Positions 1-12,728 of a DNA stretch of 52,719 nucleotides are shown here, piece after piece. Every line of letters begins with the position of its first letter. The first letter of the stretch is position 1. The stretch comes from Catajapyx aquilonaris (taxonomy: Eukaryota): positions 1-52,719 of the forward strand of contig JYFJ02002688.1 in NCBI GenBank assembly GCA_000934665.2. Reading direction: 5' to 3'. The translations under genes and the position numbers were made by a program. The notes under the pieces are model-generated. The model made no database searches. It was not told the origin of the DNA and saw only the letters and a list, made by a program, of their open reading frames with translations.

Positions 1-3000
1 TGAATGATCTCCATGTCACTCTGGAGACTCAAGTCACATTAATCCCAAATTAGATCACCAGGATGACATTCTCACATTATTATCCTCTCGCTTGCTGCAG
101 CTTCCGACCTTCCAGATGGCTGTCTGTGTTCTCATCTCCTTTTGGATTCCCTTATCTGCAGCAGCCTCTTCACTTCCGATGATGGATGGTCACATCATGC
201 AGTCTCTCCAGATAGCAGTGTCCTGCAGGCCCTGGCAATAACCGTTAGAGTAGTGATTTTCCAGTACCAACTGCTAGTGGCAACACCAATCACTTGACCT
301 TTCATCTTTTCCTATCAGTAGCAGAGGTCACGAGACTGGAAGTGATTGCCAGCTTCCAAAGGTTTCTTTTGCCGTCACCTGGAGAGAGTGTTGCCATGTA
401 GCAGTCTTGATCCACGGTCAACATCTGAGCTGCCATATTCCTGAAACAAATTATTATAAAATTATTTAAGGCAAGAGAAAACCCTGAATGGCCTCCATCT
501 CACTCTGGAGACATGTCTCAACATGTATGGGATGGACATCAGGTGTGAAATGAGCTGCTCTGCTTCGTATTAGCCAGTCGCTTCTGCTGGTTAAATTGTG
601 GTCCACTTCAGCAGAACCCTAGCACAGTGAGGCTGGAACCTAATTAAAACAAATCTTACAACACAAATCCACCCATTGTTGAAATGATGAATTATCATGC
701 ACGTTCCCAATTATTAGCTCTGGCTATGCTTATAAATGTGACTTTTGCTCAACCGATCTCATCTGTCGTGTCCGAAGAACGTCGCGATGTTGGATGTCGA
801 TGTCAGGTGTTGTAGCAATCATGTTCCCTAGTGCCAGTGCTGACTGTTTGAAAGCTGTTGCGAGGGCAGGCTCCCATGAAGGCATCAGCAGCATGTTTGC
901 TTGCAGCAGAAGACTGCGTGTCCATGACGTGGGGATGGTTGACGGCAGGCATTATCCTCCACAACCCTGGAAGGAATAACCTGAAAATAGTCCAAATCTA
1001 ATTATTTTTTAAACATTTCTCCCTGAATTGGCCATGATACTATGGGGGGATGACTGAGGAGGTCATGAAAGAGAAAGGGAAGTGCAGCACAACATGTTAA
1101 AACATGCAAGTTGTTAAATCCCGTGTTAGTGACACAATACAGTGCTGGGAAGTGACAGATGAGGGAGGGATGGGATGTTTACAGGCCATCATCAGTTCCA
1201 GTCCCTAATTAGGGCCAGCATTGGCAGCATCATTATCCTCCATTTGTGATGTGCTTGTTCCCTTCATCTCCTGGTTGACTGGAATATCCAACGATGAAGG
1301 TCACATAAGCCCACACTTTCATTTCCCACAGGAGAGGACAAGATAATGTCTCAACTACTGGAAAAAAAATGTACACTTATACCTCGTTGCATTGTCAGCA
1401 TCAGTCAGCATTGTCCTCCCTGGCAGTTTGCTACCAGCTGTTTCTATCGCCTATGGTGGAGTTAGAGAAGAATGATGACTGTTGGGCATCGCATTTATCT
1501 TGTCCTTCACCAGGGCCAGCATTGGCAGCATCTTCCTGGAGTGATGAATATTCCTGCCACTATATTCACTACTGAAACACACAATTTACATCCCCAATTC
1601 CAGGCCTTCCACTAGTATTATAGACAACTTTCAAATGAGAAGACAACCTCCTACAGTATCTCACTACCAATGAAGGAAATTAATGGCAAGTCCCAGAACT
1701 CGAAATGGATACTCCTTGTCGAAATGCCCTCTTTGCCACATGGGTTGCCATCTAGACTGGTGACATGGGAGCTCGTCATCTTCAGGATGGACCATCTGAT
1801 CAGAAGGTACGGTTGGACCAAGCTGGGACAGATGCACCAGCTGCATGATGACACTTGGTCTGATGTGTACACTATCAAGCAGGTCACCAGGACTGCCAAA
1901 GGAGACTGCTGTCCTCCCAGGTGACAGCTAGCACATCATTGGTGGCTCCAGCAGTGAAGATGGAAGATTGAAAGGGGATTCAAGTTAGCAGTACATGATA
2001 TTATCAACTAATAGCCAAGGTAACACATGATGGGTGATTGTCCGGCAGAAACAGGCCCCAATTAATTATTGCTTCCACCTTAGAATGATGCAACTTCTAA
2101 AGGCATGTGATGCCACACTCATTTAAAGCAATATATTAGACTAGCACAAGGGAAGTTACAGATACAAATCCCCCCATTGGTGCAATTATGATGTCATCAG
2201 GCAAATTCCTGATTAGCTGTGGCTATGCTAATAAATGTGACACTTGCTCACCAAATCTAATTTGCAATGGCCCCAGAACATCATGATGTTTGATGGGGTG
2301 AAGAATGGCGGCATCAAGGGATGTAGGAATGATGTTTCACCGTGCCACTGCTGATTGCTTGAAAGCTGTCTCAAAGGCAGGCTCCTATGAAGGCAGCAGC
2401 ACATTGAAGTAGAAGAGGGGGACCTTCAACATCCCAAAGGTAACTTCACACCATCTGCAAAGAAGAACACAACTAGTAAAAGGATGTGCCAAACCACAAT
2501 AACTAAGGGCAAGTACATTCACCGTGTTGTAAATGCTTGCAACCTTCAATTACAAGAGGAGGAAAAATCCTGCCAGCTCTTCCCCGTGCATGGACTCTGA
2601 AGACCCTCTGCTGGCATGGCAGGATCCCAGCTTCAGACCACCATGGCTCCTAGGCAGGCACCCCTATCCAGACTGTACATCAGGTGGGGATGTGGCAGTG
2701 ACCCTTGACCTCTCCAGCCAGCTTCACCCTTCCTGTAAAGAGCAAAATTACACCCAACCCTTCCCCCCCAAACCCGAACCTTCCACTACAATTAAAGTAA
2801 ATTGCCAATTCCCGATTTATCTGCAATGGAGGCGTACTCTTCCCTCCAATTTCAACAGCCTTTTACATGTGGAGCAAACTGCAACAAAATGAACACATGA
2901 GAGCTGGAGAAGGTCACCTGGTGGATGCAACCTGATGACTGGCATTATAGGCATATTCAGACTGTCTGAACAAGCAGCCGAGATCAGCCATTGCGGTAAT

Positions 3001-5640
3001 CTTCAGTCCCTTGCAACCCAATCGAGTGCAGTGGGTTTGCACTAGTTACACTAGGACTGCGAAACTGGGGAGAAGGGAACGCCTCACTCTTGAAAGGTGT
3101 TTAAATATTGATGAGCTCTATAAACAATCACTCACCCTAACACTCTTGCTATCAGACCTCTTGGCTGACTAGGTTTGAACAATGGTCTTTCCCTGCAGTT
3201 ATCGAAGCCCCATGCCTGATCCAGTCGTCAATAACCAAGTCCTTATTCCCATCTCCCAAGTTTTCCTTTGCCATCATCTGGAGAGAGGGTTGTGATGTAG
3301 CAGTGCTGGTCGACAGCCTACATCCAACTTGCCATCATCCTGAAACAATATGATCATAAAATATTAACAGGGAAGGGATAACCCCGAATAGTCTCCATGT
3401 CACTGTGGAGATGGCCGAGTTACTCCTGTCATGCCTGCAGGTTGGCGAGTCATCTGGAGACAAAGGTACTGTAGCGTCAGCCTCATGTTTCCATCCACAC
3501 GTCACTCTTGGTTGAGATGTTGCAGGGCTCACATTGGTATTCCACCCCGTTATGATTGTTGTCTGGACCACAAAGCATCTTAAAGACATCATGGGAGGTC
3601 ACTGGGCAGAGGGACACCACATCCGCAGGTTAGTCCAAGCCGTAGATGGATACCTCTGCATACCTCTAAGGAGCACACCAATAATTAAATCCAAGGCAGG
3701 AGAGGTCCTCACAGACAACTGGATGTACTGGCAAGATGTGTACTTCAATAGCTGTCATTTGAAGAGAGGGCTGCCATGTTGTAAGTCTGGTTGGCACCTG
3801 ACGTTCCCATCACCTCATCCCTGACAGAAATGTTCTTGGAATGAAAATGTTCCGCAGGGTAACTAATGAGAAACCTGAATAGCCTCCATCTCACTCTGCA
3901 CGGCTACTCCTGCTTTTTTGTCTGCAGTGACAGCAGGCTGGTTGAGTCACTTACATACGAATGTGTGGTGAAGCAGTAGCAGCAGCGTTGGATACGACTT
4001 CACAAGGCTGGATTGGGGTCATCATCAGGTGTGAAATGGGCTCGGCTCTTATTTGCCAGTATCTACAGCTGGTTAAACTGGGGTCCACCTCAGCAGAACC
4101 TTAAACTTTAAAAAAATTATATACATTGAACATTTACTTTATGTGCTGTACTGTGTCCTTATTCACTCATCAGGAGTCCAATTGATGGTCCTTTTACCAA
4201 GAAAGGAACTAAAATGACCGAACATACGCATTAGATCATATGAATCACTCTTGTGGCCATTTAAAATATTTCCAGATATTGGCGTACCAATCAAGAATAT
4301 TATGTTAGTCACAACCACCAACACCCAACATACACCAAAACATGTAAAGTGGCCACTTTACCGACACTGATATGCAAGACGAAGAAGCATTGTAATGACA
4401 GTTACGCAAATGACACACAATAAATGTGTACAACAAAAGGCGCCATCAGCGAGGAAAAGTGTCCCTTCCGCCGCCTCCTCTTCATCCTTGGTCCCAGTCC
4501 ATGTGTCATGTGATGTCTCTTGGTGCTGTCTAGTGAAGGTCAAACCACACTGCATGATGGGAGTTGGTGAAGGACAAATGGACACTGGTGATTGGCTCTC
4601 CACATCATGTTCACTCCATCCCAACTGAGATGCATCCTCTCCTGCAGCAAAATTATTTCATTCAGAATCAGATTGACCTGTGATTTTAATGAACTTGCCC
4701 TCTCCTAATAAAATTGTGCTCATGACGGAAATTCAAGCAATCTCCAGTCATTTCCAATCAGCTTCTGGTAGTTCTTGTACGGCCATTAAAGATTGCTTCC
4801 AACTTGGAATGACGCTTACCTCAACAGTGAAACTTTCAACTTAAGCATGTGATGTCTTTGCCACACTCATTGAAAGCAATTACACTAGGAAGGAAATTTT
4901 AAAACACAAATCCACCCATTGTTGCAATTATGACGTCATCAGGCAAATTCCTAATTAGCTGTGGCTATGCTTATAAATGTGACACTTGCTCACCAGATGT
5001 AATGTGCAATGGCCGCAGAACATAGTGATGTTGGATGGAGTGAAGAAACACTGGTGACCTCAGGTGTTGCGGGAATCATGTTTCCGAGTGCCAGTGCTGA
5101 TTGTTTGAACGACTTCTCAAAGTCAGGCTCCCATGAAGGCAGCAGCACGTTGGCGTAGACGAGTCAGACCGTCAACATCCCAAGGTAATTGCACACCTCC
5201 GTTGCTACACCCTTTTGGTCTTCCATGCTGCAGCAGACATCACTTCTGATGTTGGAAGGTCACATCAATAGCAGTGTCCATCTACTGCAGGCCCTAGAAG
5301 TGAAGGAGATATTGCATTGATCAATGGACAGGGGAATTGGGCAGATGGGAACACTTTACTGTTTAGTGATACAGGCTCACTTGCTCTGTTACTGGACTCG
5401 GCTGACCTGTAGGCTGCAGTTGTCTGGAATCAGGTTCAGGTGCTGTCCATTATGCATCGAAAGACATATCCTCCCAATCAAATCAAATGTGGTTATCCAC
5501 CTGAAATGGATCAACACTAAATCAAACAGCATAATATACCACATTCGCATTCTCTCCAAATCTCCAGCAATAATCAAGCAGGCCAAAGTCCTCTCCATCT
5601 TGCAACCAATAATAATTAGAAGGTAATTACTCACTCAAAA
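1..5640 (-). pseudogene. Decayed multi-exon gene / spliced non-coding unit built from repeated exon-intron modules
   Basis: Many minus-strand GT-AG junctions (TTTCAG acceptors, GTGAGC/GTGACA donors); paralogous blocks ~660-900/2160-2405/4900-5150, ~350-460/3250-3360, ~535-620/4020-4100; exon frames interrupted by TAG/TGA/TAA stops. No protein family recognised. Confidence 0.45.
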
Positions 5641-6409
5641 AAATCCCAAAGCAAAATGGGGCAACTTCAGTTTGCAAACTGTTACCTACTCCCATTCACC
5701 CAACAGCACGCACGTTAAACCACCACCACCACACATCACTGATGGAGACTCCACCATTTGTAACCACCAGGGGTGAACACCACCATTCGTAAAATGATTC
5801 GTAAAATTCTACGAGCTGTGTGAAGTTCCCTTATGCCCAGTCCAATCCTCCTCTGATCTGATGCCTGCAGGCCAAACAAGACGACTGACTGAGATAAGCC
5901 GGTCCTATTATCAACCAAAAGGGTGGGTACTTGGGAGGGGAAATTGATTGGCTGACATGCCTCTCTGGCCATGCATGTCAAATGCCTCCACAGGCTTTTT
6001 TTTCTTCTTTTCTTTTCCTTTCTTTTTTCTTTTTGGTCATCTAGTCGCAAACACTAACATGTTGGAGAAAAAGAAATTTAGAGCGCTCACTTAACACACA
6101 TGTAACAATGGCAGAACAATGTACGCGGCAAAGAAAATAATTTTATTGACGTAGTAGTAGCACGCTGCCCCTATTTTGGCATCCATATATGTACTTCAAC
6201 TGCTGCACACTTTTGCACTTTTTTCCCCTTTGGGTTGGTAGACATCTGCACCACCTATTAGTATCATTCACAAAATAGCTTGTGATTGTACTCTAATTGA
6301 TATGCTGCACCATCAGGATCTCTGTCCCCATTTTTTAAAAATGCTACGTTCTCGAGGACCTATCAACTTGCGCAATTAAACGAAGTACTATCACATATGA
6401 TTGAACCAA

Positions 6410-6441
6410 GGCTCGCGACCCCCCCCGGTTGGAAACCACTG
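6410..6441. mobile_element. Isolated hAT-like terminus
   Basis: CGCGACCCCCCCCGGTTGGAAACCACTG is the reverse-complement type of the 23422 element end (CAGTGGTTTCCAACC); partner end not located. Confidence 0.5.
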
Positions 6442-6515
6442 CATTAAGGACTAATGAAAGTCGCATCCAATGTGTTTTAATTACTTTAGTTTAGGCGAAT
6501 GTGCCATACATATTG

Positions 6516-7247
6516 GGCAATCTATTACATCAGGGTTCTCGTTAGGCTGTGATGTCAGCTCAATTTAACTTTCACTTGTTAGAGAAATAAATTGGATATT
6601 TTGCTTGGGGACACTTATTTTGCAGCATCGATATTCTCCAGCAGTCACAGTGGAAGAGAGAAAGAGAATGAGTGAAAAACAGAAACTCACTTCAGGAGTT
6701 TGACAATGTATGGATCGTAATTTTCAAACCTCCAGTGCTGGCACTGAATGGATACATTGCATTCTTCCATTAACTACCTTCGCTAATTGCTAGGCACATC
6801 TTGCTGCTTCCGTGTCTCACGCTGAGACTGGAATGCATCCAGAGAGAGGGAGAAAAAAAAGTACAAATACTTGTAAATTGGGACATGNGGCAATCTATTA
6901 CATCAGGGTTCTCGTCAGCTCAATTTAACTTTCACTTGTTAGAGAAATAAATTGGATATTTTGCTTGGGGACACTTATTTTGCAGCATCGATATTCTCCA
7001 GCAGTCACAGTGGAAGAGAGAAAGAGAATGAGTGAAAAACAGAAACTCACTTCAGGAGTTTGACAATGTATGGATCGTAATTTTCAAACCTCCAGTGCTG
7101 GCACTGAATGGATACATTGCATTCTTCCATTAACTACCTTCGCTAATTGCTAGGCACATCTTGCTGCTTCCGTGTCTCACGCTGAGACTGGAATGCATCC
7201 AGAGAGAGGGAGAAAAAAAAGTACAAATACTTGTAAATTGGGACATG
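6516..7247. repeat. ~360-bp tandem duplication across an 'n' (6516-6887 / 6889-7247), likely assembly overlap
   Basis: Copies identical apart from a 13-nt indel (TAGGCTGTGATGT); the junction is the single n at 6888. Confidence 0.85.
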
Positions 7248-8332
7248 CAAGGTTGGCGAGTCTGTGGACATACCTCAGGATGGTATTCCCAGTACTAATT
7301 TCCTTTGGAACCATGGCACAGATAAAGGATGACATCCAGACCACTGGAATAGTCCAAGCAGGCTCTGTCACGATGTGCTCCACAGATACTCTCAGGAATC
7401 CTTACCGCCATGGGGAATCATTTTTCTCGCCGCCATGCCAGTCAGATGCCATCGCCAGTTGGAGGCGCTTCCAATGGGGTTCACGGTTCAGGTCTTCCAG
7501 GCTGTAAAGTTTCATCTGGGACACTAGAACAGTGCAGCAATGAGCCCTACTGCCCGGTCGTTGATGCCCTGCTGGCCATACTGTGCTGGATGGGAGCGAG
7601 GTCCCAAGATTGAAAGGTCCCAGGATTTACAAGGAATTTCTGGTGGGAAGAAAACTTGCAAGGCTCAGTCACCCACATTTTATCATGCCAAATGAAACCA
7701 CCTTGTACCGCACACTATCATTTCATCCATTTTTCACTACTCCTATGCCTATGTGTAAATCATGTTGACAAAGTAAGTTTACTGTTTCATCATGATGCTA
7801 AATCTGGGATCTAAATTCTGGGCGAAACTGTGCCAAGCAGGCTCCATCACTGGACCCTTTCACATAGTAACGACCAGCAGGAGCAGTTCAAAAAATTATT
7901 GCCAGTCTGCTACCATCAAAGATAACAATGAAGACAAACATTGCTAACTTCATCAAAAAAAAAATCTCACTTAATTGTTCAGTACAGACTGTGCACATCA
8001 CACACCACACGTGCTGTCTTTTTTCATAATTGATTGGAATTGAGGAGTCACAAGCACAAACGAAATGATGGCATCAAAACACACGTTTGCTGTGACGCAG
8101 TTAATTGTCAAACCAACATGATCCGCCAAGTTGCGACGCCCGCATGAGTTAGGTCTCGGCCATAATATCATGGGAAATTCAACATCTACATGGGAACCAC
8201 TTTTTTATCTTCCCCGAAGCCGTAACTATATACAACATGATTGTATAGAATAATTATTGGTCCATACTGACTGTAAGAGTCATCATCATTCTAGGAATCT
8301 ATAGGCCATCTGTTTTTGAAAACAGTGGCTTA

Positions 8333-8459
8333 GGGCCGGTTTCACCGAGCTTGGTATATGATAAAACCAGGTTTCTTTAGGAAAATCCCATACAAATAGA
8401 TAGGGATTTTGAGAAAGAACCCTGGTTTTATCATATACTGAGCTCGGTGAAACCGGCCC
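8333..8459. mobile_element. PIF/Harbinger (Tourist-like) MITE
   Basis: TIRs GGGCCGGTTTCACCGAGCT...AGCTCGGTGAAACCGGCCC, nearly the whole element self-complementary, TTA target-site duplication on both sides. Confidence 0.9.
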
Positions 8460-10026
8460 TTATAGAACTTGACAGTTACCCTCCAAAGATTTGTTTATAA
8501 TCAGTTTCCTGGCCAGATGTTGACTGCACACGTGTGCTAATCCACGAACAATGGGCCAAGTTTATCTCTTGAGCCCCTGGATCACTCCACCTTATCAGTC
8601 CGCACATCGGAGCCATCTCGTCTATACAGACTGTGGCCACATGCTTTTCTGGACTTGCATGACGGCATGCATATACAATCATGCTTTCTCAAAAATGCTT
8701 TGGATCCAGGTTGAATCTTTGTGCATCTCAATAGAGTATACAATATTACCATATCGGTTTTTAGTGCGTCAATAGCACATGGCAAGTGAAGATAATTTTC
8801 TCCTCATAAATAAAAATGCAAAGTACCGCATTGCATAGTGTAATATTTAAATTTAATATTCAGTGTCTGTCGCCTGAGATGGGCAGGGGTGGGGGGTGGG
8901 ACGGGTTGTTTATCGTTTTATTTTCACGAGTTTTAATTTCGTTCATATGTTTAGTTTGCGTCTCTCTTCATCGCTGGTAACTACCCTCTCAAATAGGGAA
9001 ATGTCGTGATGGTCATGATGATGACGATGATTATGATAAATATATATTTTTTTAAACCCACATCTGACGTGTGACAAGAAAAGGCGAAGCTGAGTAACAT
9101 GAGTATGACTAATAATGGTTCGTTTTTGATTCTGGCATTGAAGGTACCGAGCCAGATATCTGAGGGGTGCGCAACGTCTCACATCACAAGCTGGATCCTA
9201 AAAATAACTCGTGCCAAGGTCAGCAGAACCCACCAAACCGGGGGGCCTTCAGCACGGATACATCCGAGTACATTTCGGTGTTCATTGAATAAACATGGGT
9301 AGAGTTGGGTTATGTGAGTCGATTATTGGGTTTGTAACACTGTTGAAGGGGCGTGACGTCATGATTTATTTTAGACACTATACCCGACAATTACATTTGA
9401 AGTCACGTCAATTATCTGCGATTTCGGGTCGAAACTGGTCAGCGGCAATCCAGCTGTTAGTAGGTCAATGCAGGTTAGTGAATGCAAGCCTTGATTAGCC
9501 TAATGCTACATTAGTTTTTGAAAAATAATATTTAATTACAGTATTATACGGGGCGGCATTGGGACTTGTCCGGAGCACATTCACAGTCTTTTATTCGCCC
9601 CGTTTAGTGATCCTATAGTAATTATAGTGTGTACTGTACCTCAGTGCATGAAGATTTTGTGGTAGTGCCGGGTGTTGAGACATGTCACGGCTGGCCTTTC
9701 ACGTAGCTCGTAGCATAATTATGATATGTGATGCATTCCACATTAGTGTAATTACTTGCTCATAATGTTGTTGAAGATAGAAACGTTTCGCACCATCACC
9801 CAACAAGGCGCTTTACTTTGAATTGCAAAATAACTGCATGATCGTAACCAATAAGTAGCCGCAGTTTTTTCTGGACTTGACTACTTGCAATAAAGTATAC
9901 CGTAGGTTATATCGGATTATCCCTGTATACCCCCGCCTTTTTTCGTATAATTTTATACTGTTATATTTCCAATAATGCAAGTGTTTATGGCACCGGCCGG
10001 TCGTACAGTCGCCATGTAGACTATAT

Positions 10027-10644
10027 ACACCTGCGTGTACCACGTGTCCGTTATAATAAACTAGAGTTGGACAAGTGCCAGATTTCGCCTAATCCCCCCT
10101 CCGATATGTCCGCTTTGAACCCGAAATGGTCCCAGATCCAAGTTGTCAAATGAGGTGGTGTGGGGGTTGGGTGCTGGAACGAGGTTGTTTGGCCTATCTG
10201 AGTGAAGACTCCATAATGCGGTGCAAGCTGACCTAATTGCACAATCAGCTGGATAGGTGAATACACAGTACGTCTGCGTCTTTTCCACCGCCTTCCCTAA
10301 TTGACATGGTGTCACGTAAATTAAAATGTTTACGGACTTTATACCAGACAGGGGCACACAGTCTGATCCAAGTTTGCAACGGTGCGGTGCTACTGGGTAT
10401 AATATTTGAAGTTACTAAGTATAAATCAAGATCTTGAGGAGCAGGTGCGCATGTGTCACTGATCATGAGCGTTCATCTTAGTATGAAACACTGCTTGTCG
10501 ACGCTTGTCGGCCATTGAGTGCTGTTGAAAAAGTGACGTCACATTTCCGGTCTCTTCGGTGTGACGTATGCTAATGGTATAGACAACAACAAAATGGCAG
10601 GAAAGAAATTTCTAGAACGTACTATAATAGCAAAGTGGAAGTGC
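10027..10644. repeat. Local segmental duplication copy A (direct paralog of 12729-13334)
   Basis: Shared blocks e.g. GAGTTGGACAAGTGCCAGATTTC, TGTCCGCTTTGAACCCGAAATGGTCC, AAAAAGTGACGTCACATTTCCGGTCTCTTCGG. Confidence 0.9.
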
Positions 10645-11184
10645 AACTATTGTGTGGTGCAGACTGTCATCTGGAGTGCAAATTACTTACTTGGAGTATG
10701 CTTAATTTTCAATGTTATATCATGTTAGATGTTGCCGTATATTGTTGCTGCTGGTTTGGAAGCCCCCTCCCCCCAACAGTTCATTCTTCAGAGCCCCAAA
10801 AATGTATAGGTCCGCCACTGCCCATGGCGCACGGTGTATTATATAGCGAGCAACGGCAGGTGTCGCAAGAGCAATAAACACAACTGATGCTGTTGTCTGA
10901 AGCCTGACCCGTTGTGTGTCGCCAAAATTTCTTACACCTGACCAGAAAATCACTGGGTCATAAACACGTTATACAGGGCGATTCTCCCGAATGGAAAGCC
11001 AAACATTCCTCAATAACTTTTTAATATTATAACTCAGTATGGTATGGTTCCCGATGAAAATTGACATGCACTTAACTTTGTATCATGCCAAACAAGGTCT
11101 GACTAAAGAGTAAAGAATACACCAAATGTGGTCCCCTCCAGCATCAAAAAAAAAAAAAAATTAATGCGAGTCTGCATCTTGCCG

Positions 11185-11970
11185 AAGAGCGGGAATAGCT
11201 CAATCTCCCGCCTGCCAGCCTGATTGGCGAGAGGGCATCCCAAGGCAACGGGCAGTCGCCAAGCAGACGGGCGGGTGGGAGATGAAATGATGAATGAGAT
11301 CCCCACCGCCAATCTGCAGGAGTATTCGGCCTTGATCCGGGACAGTTGAGCTTCAGGACTCGGATGCAACCCCCACTTCCCGCCTTTTTTTTCTTTAAAA
11401 AAACATCGAGGAATGGGGACATACTGGGAGATTTCAGGAAAAAATAATCAAAAAGACACCCACGCCACATGTGTCACCTTTGACGGGAAGTTGCGAAATT
11501 GCTGGTGGGCATCTTGGACAAGCTGTACCAACGGAAATGGTAATGTAATTTCGAAGATGATGAAAGTATGCACAGTTGCGTCACTAAAATCGGGTGTGGC
11601 ATGCAGTTTGCCCAAATCGTGGTCGATGCATTATCGGATGTTGCGAAATTGCAACTCGGTCCGAGAATCGGCGTATAGGCCTACCCCTTATCAAGTTATG
11701 CCAGGGTTCGTGTAAGAAAATTTGGAAATAGAATCACAAAGGGTCAGGCAACAGCGTCAGTTGTGTTTATTGCACTTGCGACACCTGACGTTGCTCGTTT
11801 TAATATACGGTTGGATTTAGAAAAACGAAAAAGGCGGAAATTTCATGCCTAAAATCTTGCCGGTTTTCCTAATTTAAACAAGATACACAGGGATGTGGGA
11901 ATGGCATATATTAATATACCGTACGTCACATAAAATCAACCTTACCACTTAGCAACATTTGTCAAAAAAA
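11185..11970 (-). repeat. Inverted, diverged copy of the nanos upstream/promoter/5'UTR region (~13680-14800)
   Basis: Colinear reverse-complement anchors: 11479-11499 = 14371-14391 (21/21), 11590-11605 ~ 14256-14271, 11330-11343 ~ 14567-14579, 11188-11201 ~ 14784-14796, ~11800-11870 ~ 14010-14075. Confidence 0.85.
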
Positions 11971-12728
11971 TTTGATAATACTGTACTTAATTTTCAAATG
12001 TAATTTTAAAACCCGAGTTAATGTGAAACGGCGTAAAATGGAGCGGTGTAAAACGGGTACTTGGCATCATTGGGACAAAAAATTCCGCCAAATATGGGTT
12101 TGCACCTGTAGACTCCTCCCTGACTTGGCTTCCGAACTCTCCACTGGTTAGAGGACTGACCAGACCTTGGCCCTGACGGCCATGGAGCGTGGCCGGTTCC
12201 CGTTGGGTGGGGGATGACCACGAGAAGCATATAGGACAGGTTCTAAATGGGTTGGGCTTGGGCAGGCATTGCCGGTGCAGACTGCAGAGTGGCCTTTATC
12301 AATATATTTTCCTGAAAATTTTTAACCGCTTCTGCATGCTTAGGCAGACAGAGTGTTGGCGGGGCTCAACTCAACCTTTGGGGTCTCTGGTGAGGCTCCT
12401 TCTTCACGGGGGCCTGCAGTCCCCGGCCCTGGCTGATGGTGCTGTTGGTGTCTTGGTGATGATCACAGACTGATGGCTTTGCAGTTTGACGGTGGACGGA
12501 CTGTTGTATAATATAGTCTATGGTTATGTGAAACCCACATATGTATCTGGCAGCAGAACGTTGCTATACAGTATACACCTACTTCACCTGATGCGGCATA
12601 ATGATTTGCTTTCAATAAGCCATATACCACCCCACAATACGTGACTTAATTTTTGGATCATGTCTGTTTCCGTATAGAATTACCCTGTAGAAAAATAATG
12701 ACCATCAGTTAACAGCACCATTGGTATA

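Noticed and set aside
6516..7247. Tandem duplication as a real exon duplication
   Set aside because: The junction coincides with an n and the copies differ by one indel, typical of two haplotype contig ends joined without merging.
7660..7795. Minus-strand C/D-box snoRNA (ATGATGA...CTGA)
   Set aside because: No terminal stem or recognisable guide; the CTGA is better explained as a branch-point region near the acceptor.
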